DNA from: an uncultured Collinsella sp.
GTDB taxonomy: Bacteria; Actinomycetota; Coriobacteriia; Coriobacteriales; Coriobacteriaceae
Assembly: GCA_900542905.1 (NCBI GenBank)
Contig: UQPF01000005.1
Coordinates: 62,129 to 126,128 of the forward strand
Direction of reading: 5' to 3'
Length of the DNA: 64,000 nucleotides
Shown: piece by piece, positions 1 through 10,205 of the stretch
Layout of the letters: every line of letters starts with the position of its first letter
Position numbering within the stretch: position 1 is the first letter of the stretch
The notes under the pieces: model-generated
Told to the model about the DNA's origin: nothing
Seen by the model: the letters and a program-made list of their open reading frames with translations, nothing else
The model's database searches: none
Made by a program: the position numbers and the translations under genes

Positions 1-1282
1 TCCACTCGTCCACGCCCTCGAGCGCGGCCTTGGCGGCGTCCAGAATGGCACCCATGCCCTCCTTGGCCAGGCCCTTGTTGACGGACTTCTCGTCATACTC
101 GAGCGTCTCGGCCGTGGCAAAGATGGGAGCGGCGACGGTCACGGCGTCGGCCGGCATCTTGGTGCGCGGCTTGACGATGGCAGCGAGCGCGTCGATCCAA
201 TCCTCGCCGTACTCGACATTGCCCTCGATGAGGCCCGCCTCGTGCAGCTCGGGGACCATGACCTCGTCGGCAAACTGGGCGTCGGACATGCCGTTGATGT
301 ACTCGGCATTGACCCAGTCGAGCTTCTTGGGGTCGAAAGTCGCCGGGTTCTTGGAGATGCGGTCGAGCGAGAACTTGCTGGCCAGGACATCGCGCGGGAT
401 GATCGTGGTCTCGCCGTCGAGCGACCAGCCGAGCAGCGCCAGGTAATTGACGAAGGCGTCGGACAGGTAGCCGGCGTCGCGGTACTCCTCCACCGAGGTG
501 GCGCCGTGGCGCTTGGAGAGCTTCTTGCCGTCGGCGCCCAGAATCATGGAGATGTGGGCGAACGTGGGCACGGGCGCGCCGAGGGCCTCGTAGACCATGA
601 CCTGACGCGGGGTGTTGGAAAGGTGGTCGTCGCCGCGGATGACGTGGGTGATCTTCATCATGGCGTCGTCGACGACGGTCGCGAAGTTATACGTGGGCGT
701 GCCGTCGGAGCGGAAGATGACGAAGTCATCGAGCTCCTTGGCGTCGAAGGTCACCTCGCCGTGGACGGCGTCGTGGATGACGACGTCGCCGCGGTCCTCG
801 GGCACCTTGATGCGCAGGACGTAGGACTCGCCGGCCTCGATGCGGCGGCGGGCCTCCTCGGGATCAAGATCGCGGCAGCGGCGCTGATAGCCCTGGAAGG
901 GGTCCTTGCGCTCCTGCGCGGCCTTGCGGTCGGCGTCGAGCTGCTCCTTGGTGCAGAAGCAGGGATAGGCCTTGCCCTCGTCCCAGAGCTTCTGGGCGGC
1001 CTGCTTGTACAGGTCCAGGCGCTCGGTCTGCGCGTAGGGGCCATAGTCGCCACCCACCTCGGGACCCTCGTCCCAATCCAGGCCCAGCCAACGCATGGCG
1101 CGCAGGATGATCTGCGTGTTCTCGTCGGTGGAGCGGGTGGGGTCGGTGTCGTCGATGCGCAGGATGAACGTGCCGCCGTTTGCACGGGCGAAAGCCCAGT
1201 TATAGATAGCGGTGCGGGCGCCGCCAATGTGCAGCTTGCCCGTCGGTGAGGGTGCAAAGCGGACGCGAACGTCTGATGCCAT
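1..1282 (-). CDS. gltX: Glutamate--tRNA ligase (GluRS), first ~427 codons; 3' end lies beyond the window start
   Basis: Absent from the ORF track because the ORF leaves the window. Hand translation of the minus strand from ATG 1282-1280 gives MASDVRVRFAPSPTGKLHIGGARTAIYNWAFARANGGTFILRIDDTDPTRS... A class-I HIGH-type motif (KLHIGG) and an in-frame KKLSKR (KMSKS-type) at ~509-526 are present. SD GAGGAG lies 6 nt upstream. Confidence 0.9.
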   Translation of the reverse strand, partial: MASDVRVRFAPSPTGKLHIGGARTAIYNWAFARANGGTFILRIDDTDPTRSTDENTQIILRAMRWLGLDWDEGPEVGGDYGPYAQTERLDLYKQAAQKLWDEGKAYPCFCTKEQLDADRKAAQERKDPFQGYQRRCRDLDPEEARRRIEAGESYVLRIKVPEDRGDVVIHDAVHGEVTFDAKELDDFVIFRSDGTPTYNFATVVDDAMMKITHVIRGDDHLSNTPRQVMVYEALGAPVPTFAHISMILGADGKKLSKRHGATSVEEYRDAGYLSDAFVNYLALLGWSLDGETTIIPRDVLASKFSLDRISKNPATFDPKKLDWVNAEYINGMSDAQFADEVMVPELHEAGLIEGNVEYGEDWIDALAAIVKPRTKMPADAVTVAAPIFATAETLEYDEKSVNKGLAKEGMGAILDAAKAALEGVDEW

Positions 1283-1362
1283 GGAAATCTCCTCGATTGC
1301 AGGATGGATGTCTAACCGCACCAGTATAAAGCATCAAAGCAACCTCCGCACAAAGGGCACCG

Positions 1363-1460
1363 ACCTACTCATTGGGGACAGACTTAAATGATCAGTCTTT
1401 GGGCAACCTGTCGACACTTAGGTAAGGCCGATCATTTAAGTCTGTCCCCAATGAGTAGGT
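1363..1460. repeat. Perfect 31-bp inverted repeat (1363-1393 / 1430-1460) around a 36-nt loop, in the gltX-metK divergent spacer
   Basis: ACCTACTCATTGGGGACAGACTTAAATGATC and its exact reverse complement were read directly. No second copy was noticed in this window. Confidence 0.85.
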
Positions 1461-1470
1461 GCGGAAAGGG

Positions 1471-1565
1471 TGTGAATGTTTGATTTACGCGCTATGATGT
1501 GCCCTTGCATAGAGAGCCCGGCGGAATGGTAACGGTCGCCGGGACACGTTTTTGAAAGGACAATC
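1471..1565 (+). promoter_or_regulatory. Candidate metK promoter (TGTGAA-16-TATGAT, 1471-1498) and ~60-nt leader with a terminator-like hairpin (CCCGGCG 1517-1523 / CGCCGGG 1537-1543, then ACACGTTTTT)
   Basis: Motifs read from the sequence. The position immediately 5' of the metK SD (GAAAGGA) suggests an attenuator or small riboswitch. No S-box (SAM-I) consensus was recognised. Confidence 0.3.
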
Positions 1566-2846
<1,281 letters not shown>

Positions 2847-2884
2847 GCCAGCGGCAAAAGCTGCAGCCAAATAGAAACGCACCA

Positions 2885-2921
2885 AATAGAGGTACCGGCT
2901 CCAACCGGTACCTCTATTTTA
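2885..2921 (+). terminator. Intrinsic terminator after metK
   Basis: 15-bp stem AAATAGAGGTACCGG / CCGGTACCTCTATTT followed by a T-rich tail. Confidence 0.8.
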
Positions 2922-3014
2922 TTAATCCAGTGGTGAAGATGCTTCGATATGATCCTACGCTGCGTCACCAGCTAATGAATTTTGAAGCACACGCGCCTCT
3001 ACCATGTATCCTTA

Positions 3015-3135
3015 GTTCCGAGGGCTTTGGTATTTGGTCGGTCGCGAGTTCCGCACGAGCCGGAGGCCACTTAATGTGGCCTCAGTGCGAGCCAGGACTG
3101 TAGAGCAGGCGACCAAATACCAAAGCCCTCGGAAC
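3015..3135. repeat. Palindromic intergenic element, family A copy 1: 26-bp perfect outer inverted repeat (3015-3040 / 3110-3135) enclosing a 69-nt conserved core (3041-3109)
   Basis: The core matches the reverse complement of 40886-40953 (68 nt) with 8 substitutions and 1 indel. The inner hairpin is GAGGCCAC-TTAAT-GTGGCCTC at 3063-3083. The element ends 23 nt before the sdaA start. Confidence 0.9.
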
Positions 3136-3158
3136 GACGGGATAGAAAAGGAGCACCC

Positions 3159-4766
3159 ATGGCAGGCAAGCCGCAAACACTAGCTACGACCTCGGCATTC
3201 GAGATCTTGGGCCCCGTCATGGTCGGCCCCAGCTCATCGCACACCGCCGGCGCCCTGCGGTGCGCCCAAGTTGCCGCCAGCCTGCTGGAAGGCCGCATCA
3301 CCAAAGCCACCTTTGGCCTGTGGAACTCCTTCGCCCACACCTACCGCGGCCACGGCACCGATCGTGCGCTCGTCGCGGGCATCCTAGGCCTCGACACCGA
3401 TGACGAGAATATCAAGCAGGCCTTCGACCTCGCTCGCGAGCAGGGCCTCGAATATCACTTTGACATCAAGGGCGACGACGCCTCCATCCACCCCAATACC
3501 GTCGACATTGACATGGTAGACGACACGGGCGCCACGGCACAGGTCCGCGGCGAGAGCCTGGGCGGCGGCAAGATGCGCATCAGCCGCATTAACGGCGTCG
3601 GCGTCGACATCTCGGGCATGTATTCCACGCTCTTCGTGGCGCACAAGGACGTCCCCGGCGTGCTCGCCGCGCTCACGAACCTGCTCGCCTACGCCCATGT
3701 AAACATCGCGTTTTGCCGTACCTACCGCACCGAGGTGGGCGGCCAGGCCTACTCCGTCTTTGAGACCGACGGCGCGCCCGACGACACCGTCGTCCCCATG
3801 CTACGCAAGCTCGACAATGTCGATTACGCAACGTTTATCGAGCTCCCCGGTTCTGCCTCGTCGCTCTCTCCCGGCGTCTCGGCCAAGGAGATCTTCGACG
3901 ACGGTGAGCAGCTGCTCGATGCGTGCGAGGAACTGGGGCTCAGCATCGGCGCCGTTATGGCCGTGCGCGAGGCGCGCCTGACCGGCGAGGCGCACGCCGT
4001 CGCCGCCATGCGCCGCGTGCTCGACGTCATGCGCGAGGAGACCACGGCCCCCATCGCCAATCCGCAGCGTTCGCTCGGCGGGCTTATCGGCGGCGAGGCC
4101 AAGCTCGTCGAAGCCACCGGCCGCAACGATTTGAGTGCAAGCCTGATGGGCCCCGTTCAGACCGAAGCTGTGGCCCGCGCGATGGCCGTGCTCGAACGCT
4201 CCGCCACCATGGGCGTAATCGTCGCAGCTCCGACGGCAGGATCCGCGGGTGTTGTGCCCGGCTGCGTGCTGGCGCTCGCCGATCACCTTCAGCTCGACGA
4301 CGAGCAAGTCATGGACGCGCTCTACTGCGCAGCCGCCATCGGCCTCAACCTCACCACGAGCGCCTGCGTTGCCGGCGCCGAGGGCGGCTGCCAAGCCGAG
4401 GTCGGAAGCGCCGCCGCCATGGCAGCCGCCGCGCTGGTGCAGATGCTCGGCGGCACGCCCGAGCAGGCGCTTGACGCCAGTTCCATCGCGCTGAGTAACC
4501 TGCTGGGCCTCGTTTGTGACCCCGTCGGTGGCCTCGTGGAGGTGCCCTGCCAAAACCGCAACGCCATCGGCGTAGCAGCGGCCTTTAGCTCGGCACAACT
4601 CGCCCTCGCAGGCATTAAGAGCCTGGTGCCGTTTGACCAGATGGCACATGTCATGCTCTCGGTGGGTCACGCGTTGCCGGCCACGCTGCGCGAGACGGCA
4701 AAGGGCGGCATCGCGCAGGCTCCGGCCGCACTTTCGGCCTGTGCAAAATGCGGTGTGTGCGGATAG
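3159..4766 (+). CDS. sdaA: L-serine ammonia-lyase (iron-sulfur type), fused beta-alpha single chain
   Basis: 535 aa. The N-terminus FEILGPVMVGPSSSHTAGA is typical of the beta subunit. An ACT-like middle region follows. The C-terminal half has alpha-subunit character (GSAGVVPG..., CQAEVGSAAAMAA, CDPVGGLVEVPCQNRNA). SD AAAGGAG lies upstream. Confidence 0.9.
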   Translation: MAGKPQTLATTSAFEILGPVMVGPSSSHTAGALRCAQVAASLLEGRITKATFGLWNSFAHTYRGHGTDRALVAGILGLDTDDENIKQAFDLAREQGLEYHFDIKGDDASIHPNTVDIDMVDDTGATAQVRGESLGGGKMRISRINGVGVDISGMYSTLFVAHKDVPGVLAALTNLLAYAHVNIAFCRTYRTEVGGQAYSVFETDGAPDDTVVPMLRKLDNVDYATFIELPGSASSLSPGVSAKEIFDDGEQLLDACEELGLSIGAVMAVREARLTGEAHAVAAMRRVLDVMREETTAPIANPQRSLGGLIGGEAKLVEATGRNDLSASLMGPVQTEAVARAMAVLERSATMGVIVAAPTAGSAGVVPGCVLALADHLQLDDEQVMDALYCAAAIGLNLTTSACVAGAEGGCQAEVGSAAAMAAAALVQMLGGTPEQALDASSIALSNLLGLVCDPVGGLVEVPCQNRNAIGVAAAFSSAQLALAGIKSLVPFDQMAHVMLSVGHALPATLRETAKGGIAQAPAALSACAKCGVCG

Positions 4767-4782
4767 CGGCAAAGAACGACTC

Positions 4783-4812
4783 AAAGGTGGGACATTTGTC
4801 CCACCTCTTTTG
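4783..4812 (+). terminator. Intrinsic terminator after sdaA
   Basis: AGGTGGGAC-ATTT-GTCCCACCT followed by CTTTTG. Confidence 0.75.
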
Positions 4813-4906
4813 AATGCCACCGTTTCCGTACCACAAACAGCAGGGCAATCGCTATAATGCAAGCCCAGTAAAAACACGATGAACCGCAAGGCGAAAATCG
4901 AAGGAT

Positions 4907-6649
4907 ATGCATACGATGTCGCAAAACGATCGAACTCAACTGATTCCCGATCCGCAGCAGCCGAGCAGGCACACCGGCAGCGTTCAGTCGCCGCGTCCTA
5001 TCGCGCCGAGCCACGGTCAGCAGCGTAGTGCAGCAAACGCTTCCCAACACCCGAACCAACAGCGACAGCAGCGTCAACAACGTCAGCAGCGCCGGGCAAA
5101 CGGCAATGCGCCCAAGCAGCCCCCCACGCACGCTCGAGGCGATCGCGGCCCCGCGCGCAAACCCGCCGAGAACAATAAGTCGGGCAAAAAGACGACGCTC
5201 TTTGTCGTCCTGGGTCTTATCGTCATTGTCTATATCGTAGGCGTCGTAGCGTTTTCGCAGGTAGCCTACCCCAACACCACCATCGCCGGCGTCGACGTCT
5301 CGTTCTCCAACGCTTCGTCTGCCGCCACCAAGGTCAATTCGGCATGGAAGCACTATAAGCTCACCGTGACAGGCGATGACTTTAACTGGACCTATCAGCC
5401 CGAGTCCGATGAGCCCATCGTCGACGGTGAAGCTGCCGCAAAAGAGATTATCAGCCACAACGAAGCCTTTGTATGGCCGGTCCGCCTTGTGGAATCCTTA
5501 AGCGGCAAGACCAAAACAACCGCTACCTCCAACGAAGTCGATCTTGATCAAGACGTCGACCTGTCCATGCTCTCCGACACCTTTGACCAAAAGAAGTTTG
5601 AGAAGGATCTGGGCGCCGCCATCGACGAGTTTAACGAGGGCCGTTCGGGCACGTTCGAGGCAAATAGCTCCTATGACGAGCAGGCCGGCAAGTTTACCGT
5701 CGAGAAGGCGCGCTCCAACGAAAAACTCAACCGCGAGCATGTCATTAAATATGCCGAGCTCGAGCTTGCCTCGCTGGCCGAGACCGTAGATCTTTCCAAG
5801 CTCGGCAACGATGCCTATGAGCCGCTCAATGGAACGCTGACCGATGATCAGATTCAGGCCGCATGCGATGCCGCCAACAACTTCCTGGGCGTCAACGTGA
5901 CCCTCAAGCTCAACGGCGAGGATGCTGGCAAGGTTGATGGCAGCTCCGTATTGCAGTGGATCAGCTTTGCCGATCCGGCCAACCCAACGCTCGATACGAC
6001 GCAGATCAGCAGCTGGGCAGCCGAGCTCGCTAACGGCTTTAATACCGTGGGCTCCACTCGCTGGTGGACGCGCGCCGATAGCAAGCAGTGCGCCGTCGAA
6101 GGCGGTGACTTTGGTTGGTCCATCGACAGCAGCTCGCTCGCCAAGCAGGTCGAGGACGCCATTAACAACAAGCAGACTGGCGAAATCGAGATCAAGTACT
6201 CCCAGAAGGCCGACACCTTTACCGCAAAGGGAGAGCCCGACTGGAAGGCGTATATCGACGTCGACTTGTCCGAACAGCACGCGCGCTACTATGACGAGAG
6301 CGGAAATATCGTTTGGGAGGCCAACTTTATCTCGGGCAAGCCGGGCGAGGACGCCACGCCCGAGGGCGTCTGGCAGATCAACAGCAACGACGGCGGCAGC
6401 ACCCTGATCGGAGCCAAGGACCCCGAGACCGGCAAGCCCAAATACGAGAGTCCGGTGAGCTACTGGATGCCGTTTGAGGGCAACATGATCGGCTTCCATG
6501 ATGCCACCTGGCAAAACGACAAGAGCTTCGATAACGCCGAGTCGTACAAATGGTGCGGCAGCCACGGCTGCATCAACCTGCGCCTGGCAGACGCCAAGGC
6601 ACTTCACGACTGCATCAAAGTCGGCCTGTGTGTGGTTGTCCACTCGTAG
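4907..6649 (+). CDS. Membrane-anchored L,D-transpeptidase (YkuD domain) with a Gln/Arg-rich cytoplasmic tail
   Basis: 580-aa ORF. Features are an N-terminal QQRQQRQQRQQR tract, one TM segment (TTLFVVLGLIVIVYIVGVVAF) and a C-terminal YkuD catalytic signature (GFHDATW...GSHGCINL). The ATG at 4916 has better SD spacing than the one at 4907. Confidence 0.85.
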   Translation: MHTMSQNDRTQLIPDPQQPSRHTGSVQSPRPIAPSHGQQRSAANASQHPNQQRQQRQQRQQRRANGNAPKQPPTHARGDRGPARKPAENNKSGKKTTLFVVLGLIVIVYIVGVVAFSQVAYPNTTIAGVDVSFSNASSAATKVNSAWKHYKLTVTGDDFNWTYQPESDEPIVDGEAAAKEIISHNEAFVWPVRLVESLSGKTKTTATSNEVDLDQDVDLSMLSDTFDQKKFEKDLGAAIDEFNEGRSGTFEANSSYDEQAGKFTVEKARSNEKLNREHVIKYAELELASLAETVDLSKLGNDAYEPLNGTLTDDQIQAACDAANNFLGVNVTLKLNGEDAGKVDGSSVLQWISFADPANPTLDTTQISSWAAELANGFNTVGSTRWWTRADSKQCAVEGGDFGWSIDSSSLAKQVEDAINNKQTGEIEIKYSQKADTFTAKGEPDWKAYIDVDLSEQHARYYDESGNIVWEANFISGKPGEDATPEGVWQINSNDGGSTLIGAKDPETGKPKYESPVSYWMPFEGNMIGFHDATWQNDKSFDNAESYKWCGSHGCINLRLADAKALHDCIKVGLCVVVHS

Positions 6650-6781
6650 TGCAACGCGCACATTCATACAATGTGGAACCGCTGCGACCAATCTAACAGT
6701 TCCGAAAGAAACCGTCTTATGCGCCCGCCTCAACCGGTGGGCGCATATACTTATCGAGGTACTTTCTATAAAGGAGACGCT

Positions 6782-8221
6782 ATGCCGAATGTCCCCACGA
6801 CCACCCCGGGCCCGGATGATACCGAGCACACGCTCGAAGATGTCACCGAAACGATTCCTCTGATTACAAACGTACATGCCGATAAGCAGAGCGGACGCGC
6901 GAACGATGCGACCGAGATTTCCGATGAAGAGGCATATGCCAAGCTCAAGGCAAAACGTGCCGAACGTCGACGCAAAAAGCTCATCCGACGCGGCATTGCG
7001 GCCGGCGTCGTGGCCGCCATTGTGCTCATCGCCATTGTCGCAACCCTGGTTATCAATGCGCAGCCGCAGGGCGCCAGCGGGCCTGTGACCGACATGGTGA
7101 CCGAGGGCACGTTTACCACAACGGTCGAGGCGAAAGGCCAGCTCAAACCCATTTCGTCCTCAGTGGTCTCCCCTTCTGTCGACGGCACGGTCGATTCGAT
7201 CAACGTGCAGGCAGGCCAATCCGTCAACGAGGGCGACGTGCTCATGACCATTAAAAACGACGAGCTCGATCGCAACGTTGCCGAGGCGCAGCGTGCAGTA
7301 GCAGCCGCTCAGGAAGACCTCGCCAACGCGCAGAAAGCCCTCGCTTCCGCGCAGGCCACCCCAACGACGGACGTCGATGGAGCTTCCGCCGCAGCGGCAG
7401 GCGCCTCCGCTGGGTACGCCGACACGAACACCGTATCGGCCGCACAGCGCAGCCTCGCATCAGCCCAAGCAAACCTCGATCAGGCGAACGCCAAGGCCGC
7501 CGGGCGCACGGTTACGGCGCCGAGCTCGGGCAGCATCGTGGAGCTTAACGCCAAGGTGGGCGCTACGGTAACAGGCGGCATGATCATGGGCGAAAGCGAT
7601 ACGAGCGGCGGCAAGCAGTGCATGCAGATCGCCGACCTCTCCAAGATGAAGGTAACGGTTCAGGTGGGCGAAAAGGATATCGCCAAGATCGCCGTGGGCC
7701 AGAGCGCCAACGTGACCTATCCCGCGTTTCCCGATATTGTGAGCCAAGGCACCGTCACGGCTATCGCCTCGGTGGCAAACTCCGACACCGCCAACGGTGG
7801 CGGCGGGAGCGCAACCTTTAACGTCGACATCCTCATCGAAGCGCCCGACGCTCGCCTTAAGCCTGGCATGACTGCCGAGGTATCGGTGGTGACCGAGCAG
7901 CTCGACGACGTGGTGATGGTGCCGACGATGGCGCTCATGACCGAAGACGGCGAACACTATTACGTCAACGTGGCAACCGATGACGAGGGCAAGCAAACCC
8001 GTCGCGTGAAGGTGACCGTCGTGACACAAAACGATGACGAAGCCGTGGTCGGCAAGACACAGGTCAAGCACGATGAACAGGGCAACGAGATCAACCCTAA
8101 CGTGCCGGTTACCAAGCTGCGCGATGGCGACACCCTCGTCATGGACACCGGAGCGGGCGCAACGGCTGACGGCGGCTACAGCGCGGATTCGGGCAGCATG
8201 TCTGCCGACGAGGGTATGTAA
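6782..8221 (+). CDS. Efflux adaptor / membrane-fusion protein (HlyD/MacA family)
   Basis: AAAGGAG SD then ATG at 6782 (the ORF track start 6671 is probably too early). There is one TM segment. Biotinyl-lipoyl-like (GDVLMTIKNDELD) and beta-barrel segments are typical of the family. Confidence 0.85.
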   Translation: MPNVPTTTPGPDDTEHTLEDVTETIPLITNVHADKQSGRANDATEISDEEAYAKLKAKRAERRRKKLIRRGIAAGVVAAIVLIAIVATLVINAQPQGASGPVTDMVTEGTFTTTVEAKGQLKPISSSVVSPSVDGTVDSINVQAGQSVNEGDVLMTIKNDELDRNVAEAQRAVAAAQEDLANAQKALASAQATPTTDVDGASAAAAGASAGYADTNTVSAAQRSLASAQANLDQANAKAAGRTVTAPSSGSIVELNAKVGATVTGGMIMGESDTSGGKQCMQIADLSKMKVTVQVGEKDIAKIAVGQSANVTYPAFPDIVSQGTVTAIASVANSDTANGGGGSATFNVDILIEAPDARLKPGMTAEVSVVTEQLDDVVMVPTMALMTEDGEHYYVNVATDDEGKQTRRVKVTVVTQNDDEAVVGKTQVKHDEQGNEINPNVPVTKLRDGDTLVMDTGAGATADGGYSADSGSMSADEGM

Positions 8222-8994
8222 TGCGTCCCGTCATCGACATCCGCAACGTGCACCGCATCTTTGAGAGCGAAGCGGGTTGCGCCCACATCTTGCACAACGT
8301 GAGCCTGGCGGTAGATCCCGGCGAGTTCGTCGCCATTACCGGCCCCTCGGGCTCGGGCAAATCAACGCTCATGAACATCCTAGGTTGCCTGGATAAGCCG
8401 ACGGCGGGCGACTACTACCTGCAAGGGCTCAACGTGGCCGAGCTCGATGATGACGAGCTCACCGAAGTCCGCGCCCTGAGCATCGGCTTTGTCTTTCAGA
8501 GCTTCAACCTGCTGCCGCGCCTGTCGGTTATCGAAAACGTCATGCTGCCGCTGGCCTACACCAACGTACCCTGTAGCCAGCGCGAAATGCGCGCCGTGCA
8601 CGCGCTGCAGGCCGTCACGCTGCCCGTCGACCACTGGGACCACCGCATATCCGAGCTCTCGGGCGGCCAGATGCAGCGTGTCGCCATCGCACGTGCCCTC
8701 GTCAACGATCCGCCTATCATTTTGGCTGACGAGCCGACGGGAAACCTGGACTCCGCCACTGGAGCGCTCGTCATGGAAACCTTCCATAAGCTCCAGGAGC
8801 GCGGCAAGACCATCATACTCATCACGCACGACCCCGGCATCGCCGCCGAGGCCGACCGTGCCGTGACCATCCGCGACGGTCGTATACACGACGGCGCGTA
8901 TATTCCACATACACCGCGGACCCTGCGCAGCGCCGTAGATAGCCTGCCCATGATTTCCGCCTCCGCCAACCCGCCGAAAGGAGTGGTGGCATGA
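8221..8994 (+). CDS. ABC transporter ATP-binding protein (MacB/LolD-type)
   Basis: Walker A GPSGSGKST, signature LSGGQMQRV, Walker B ILADEPTGNLD. TAATG overlap with the adaptor gene. Confidence 0.95.
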   Translation: MRPVIDIRNVHRIFESEAGCAHILHNVSLAVDPGEFVAITGPSGSGKSTLMNILGCLDKPTAGDYYLQGLNVAELDDDELTEVRALSIGFVFQSFNLLPRLSVIENVMLPLAYTNVPCSQREMRAVHALQAVTLPVDHWDHRISELSGGQMQRVAIARALVNDPPIILADEPTGNLDSATGALVMETFHKLQERGKTIILITHDPGIAAEADRAVTIRDGRIHDGAYIPHTPRTLRSAVDSLPMISASANPPKGVVA

Positions 8995-10205
8995 GCGCCC
9001 GCGATCTCATCCAGGAAGCACTTCACTCGCTCGAGGCCAACAAGGGGCGCAGCCTGCTCACCATCCTGGGCATCGTCATTGGCATCGCATCGGTCATCGC
9101 CATGACTTCGCTCATCGGCGGCATCCAAAACAGCCTGGTCAACAGCCTGGGGCTCAATGCAGCCCGCATGGTGCAGATCTATTCGTCCCAAGAACTCACT
9201 GATTCTGACGTCCAGAAGCTTCAAAAACTGGTGCCGCAGATAGAGCAGATCGGCATTGTCGACAGCGCGTATACCGAGTATAAGACCGGCGATAAAAGCT
9301 ATACCGTCATGGCACAGGGTGTCGACAGCGACATGCTCGACGCCGTGGGTGCCAGCAAGCTCGTTGCGGGACGTGTCTATTCACAGGCCGAGTCTCAATC
9401 AGGCTCGCGCGTGGCGCTCATCAGCCGTGGCGGCGCCGATCAGCTTTACGGCAACGAGCAGGACGCACTGGGGAAAACCATCAAGGTGTCCAACGGCGAG
9501 GTGCAGATTGTAGGCGTGATTGATGGCGGCAGCGACTCCATGGGCTCGCTCACGTTGTATATGCCACGCGAAACCATCTCCGGCCTGTTTGGCGACGAGA
9601 ATCCTTCATTCCCCAGCGTGACGGCACTTGCTGCCGAGGGCACGGACATGGACGAGCTCTGCAAGACCATCGAGTCTAAGGTGCGCGCGATGAAGGGCAT
9701 CTCGGAGGATGATGAGTACGACAGCGTATCGGCGACCTCCATGAAAAGCGCCATCGATGCGCTCAACTCGTTTATGGGCGCCTTCTCGCTCATCATGGGC
9801 GCTGTCGCCAGTATCTCACTGCTTGTCGGCGGAATCGGCATTATGAATATGATGCTTACCAACGTGACTGAGCGCATCCGCGAGATCGGTATTCGCCGTG
9901 CCTTGGGCGCCAGTCGTCGCGATATCACCGCGCAGTTTTTGGCCGAGTCCTCGGCGCTGTGCGTCACCGGTGGCCTACTGGGTGTCCTGATTGGCTATCT
10001 GCTGGCCTGGGGCCTTGCGATGTTTGCTGCAGGATCAGGGGTTCTCAGCGAGCTCGGTGCCAGCGGGCAAATCACACCGAGCTTTTCAATCGCCACGGTG
10101 CTGCTGGCCTTCGGCGTCTCCGTCGGCATCGGCGTAATCTTTGGCTTCTACCCCGCTCGCCGCGCGGCAAAGCTCAACCCGGTGGAGTGCCTACGCTACC
10201 AGTAA
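8991..10205 (+). CDS. ABC transporter permease (FtsX/MacB family)
   Basis: 404 aa with an N-terminal TM segment, a large extracytoplasmic MacB_PCD-like loop and a C-terminal FtsX-type 3-TM bundle (REIGIRRALGASRRDI). ATGA overlap with the ATPase gene. Confidence 0.9.
   Translation: MSARDLIQEALHSLEANKGRSLLTILGIVIGIASVIAMTSLIGGIQNSLVNSLGLNAARMVQIYSSQELTDSDVQKLQKLVPQIEQIGIVDSAYTEYKTGDKSYTVMAQGVDSDMLDAVGASKLVAGRVYSQAESQSGSRVALISRGGADQLYGNEQDALGKTIKVSNGEVQIVGVIDGGSDSMGSLTLYMPRETISGLFGDENPSFPSVTALAAEGTDMDELCKTIESKVRAMKGISEDDEYDSVSATSMKSAIDALNSFMGAFSLIMGAVASISLLVGGIGIMNMMLTNVTERIREIGIRRALGASRRDITAQFLAESSALCVTGGLLGVLIGYLLAWGLAMFAAGSGVLSELGASGQITPSFSIATVLLAFGVSVGIGVIFGFYPARRAAKLNPVECLRYQ

Noticed and set aside
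1283-1565. Classical S-box (SAM-I) riboswitch upstream of metK.
   Set aside because: I could not find the conserved SAM-I elements in the spacer. Only a short leader with a terminator-like hairpin is present, and it is reported as a low-confidence candidate instead.
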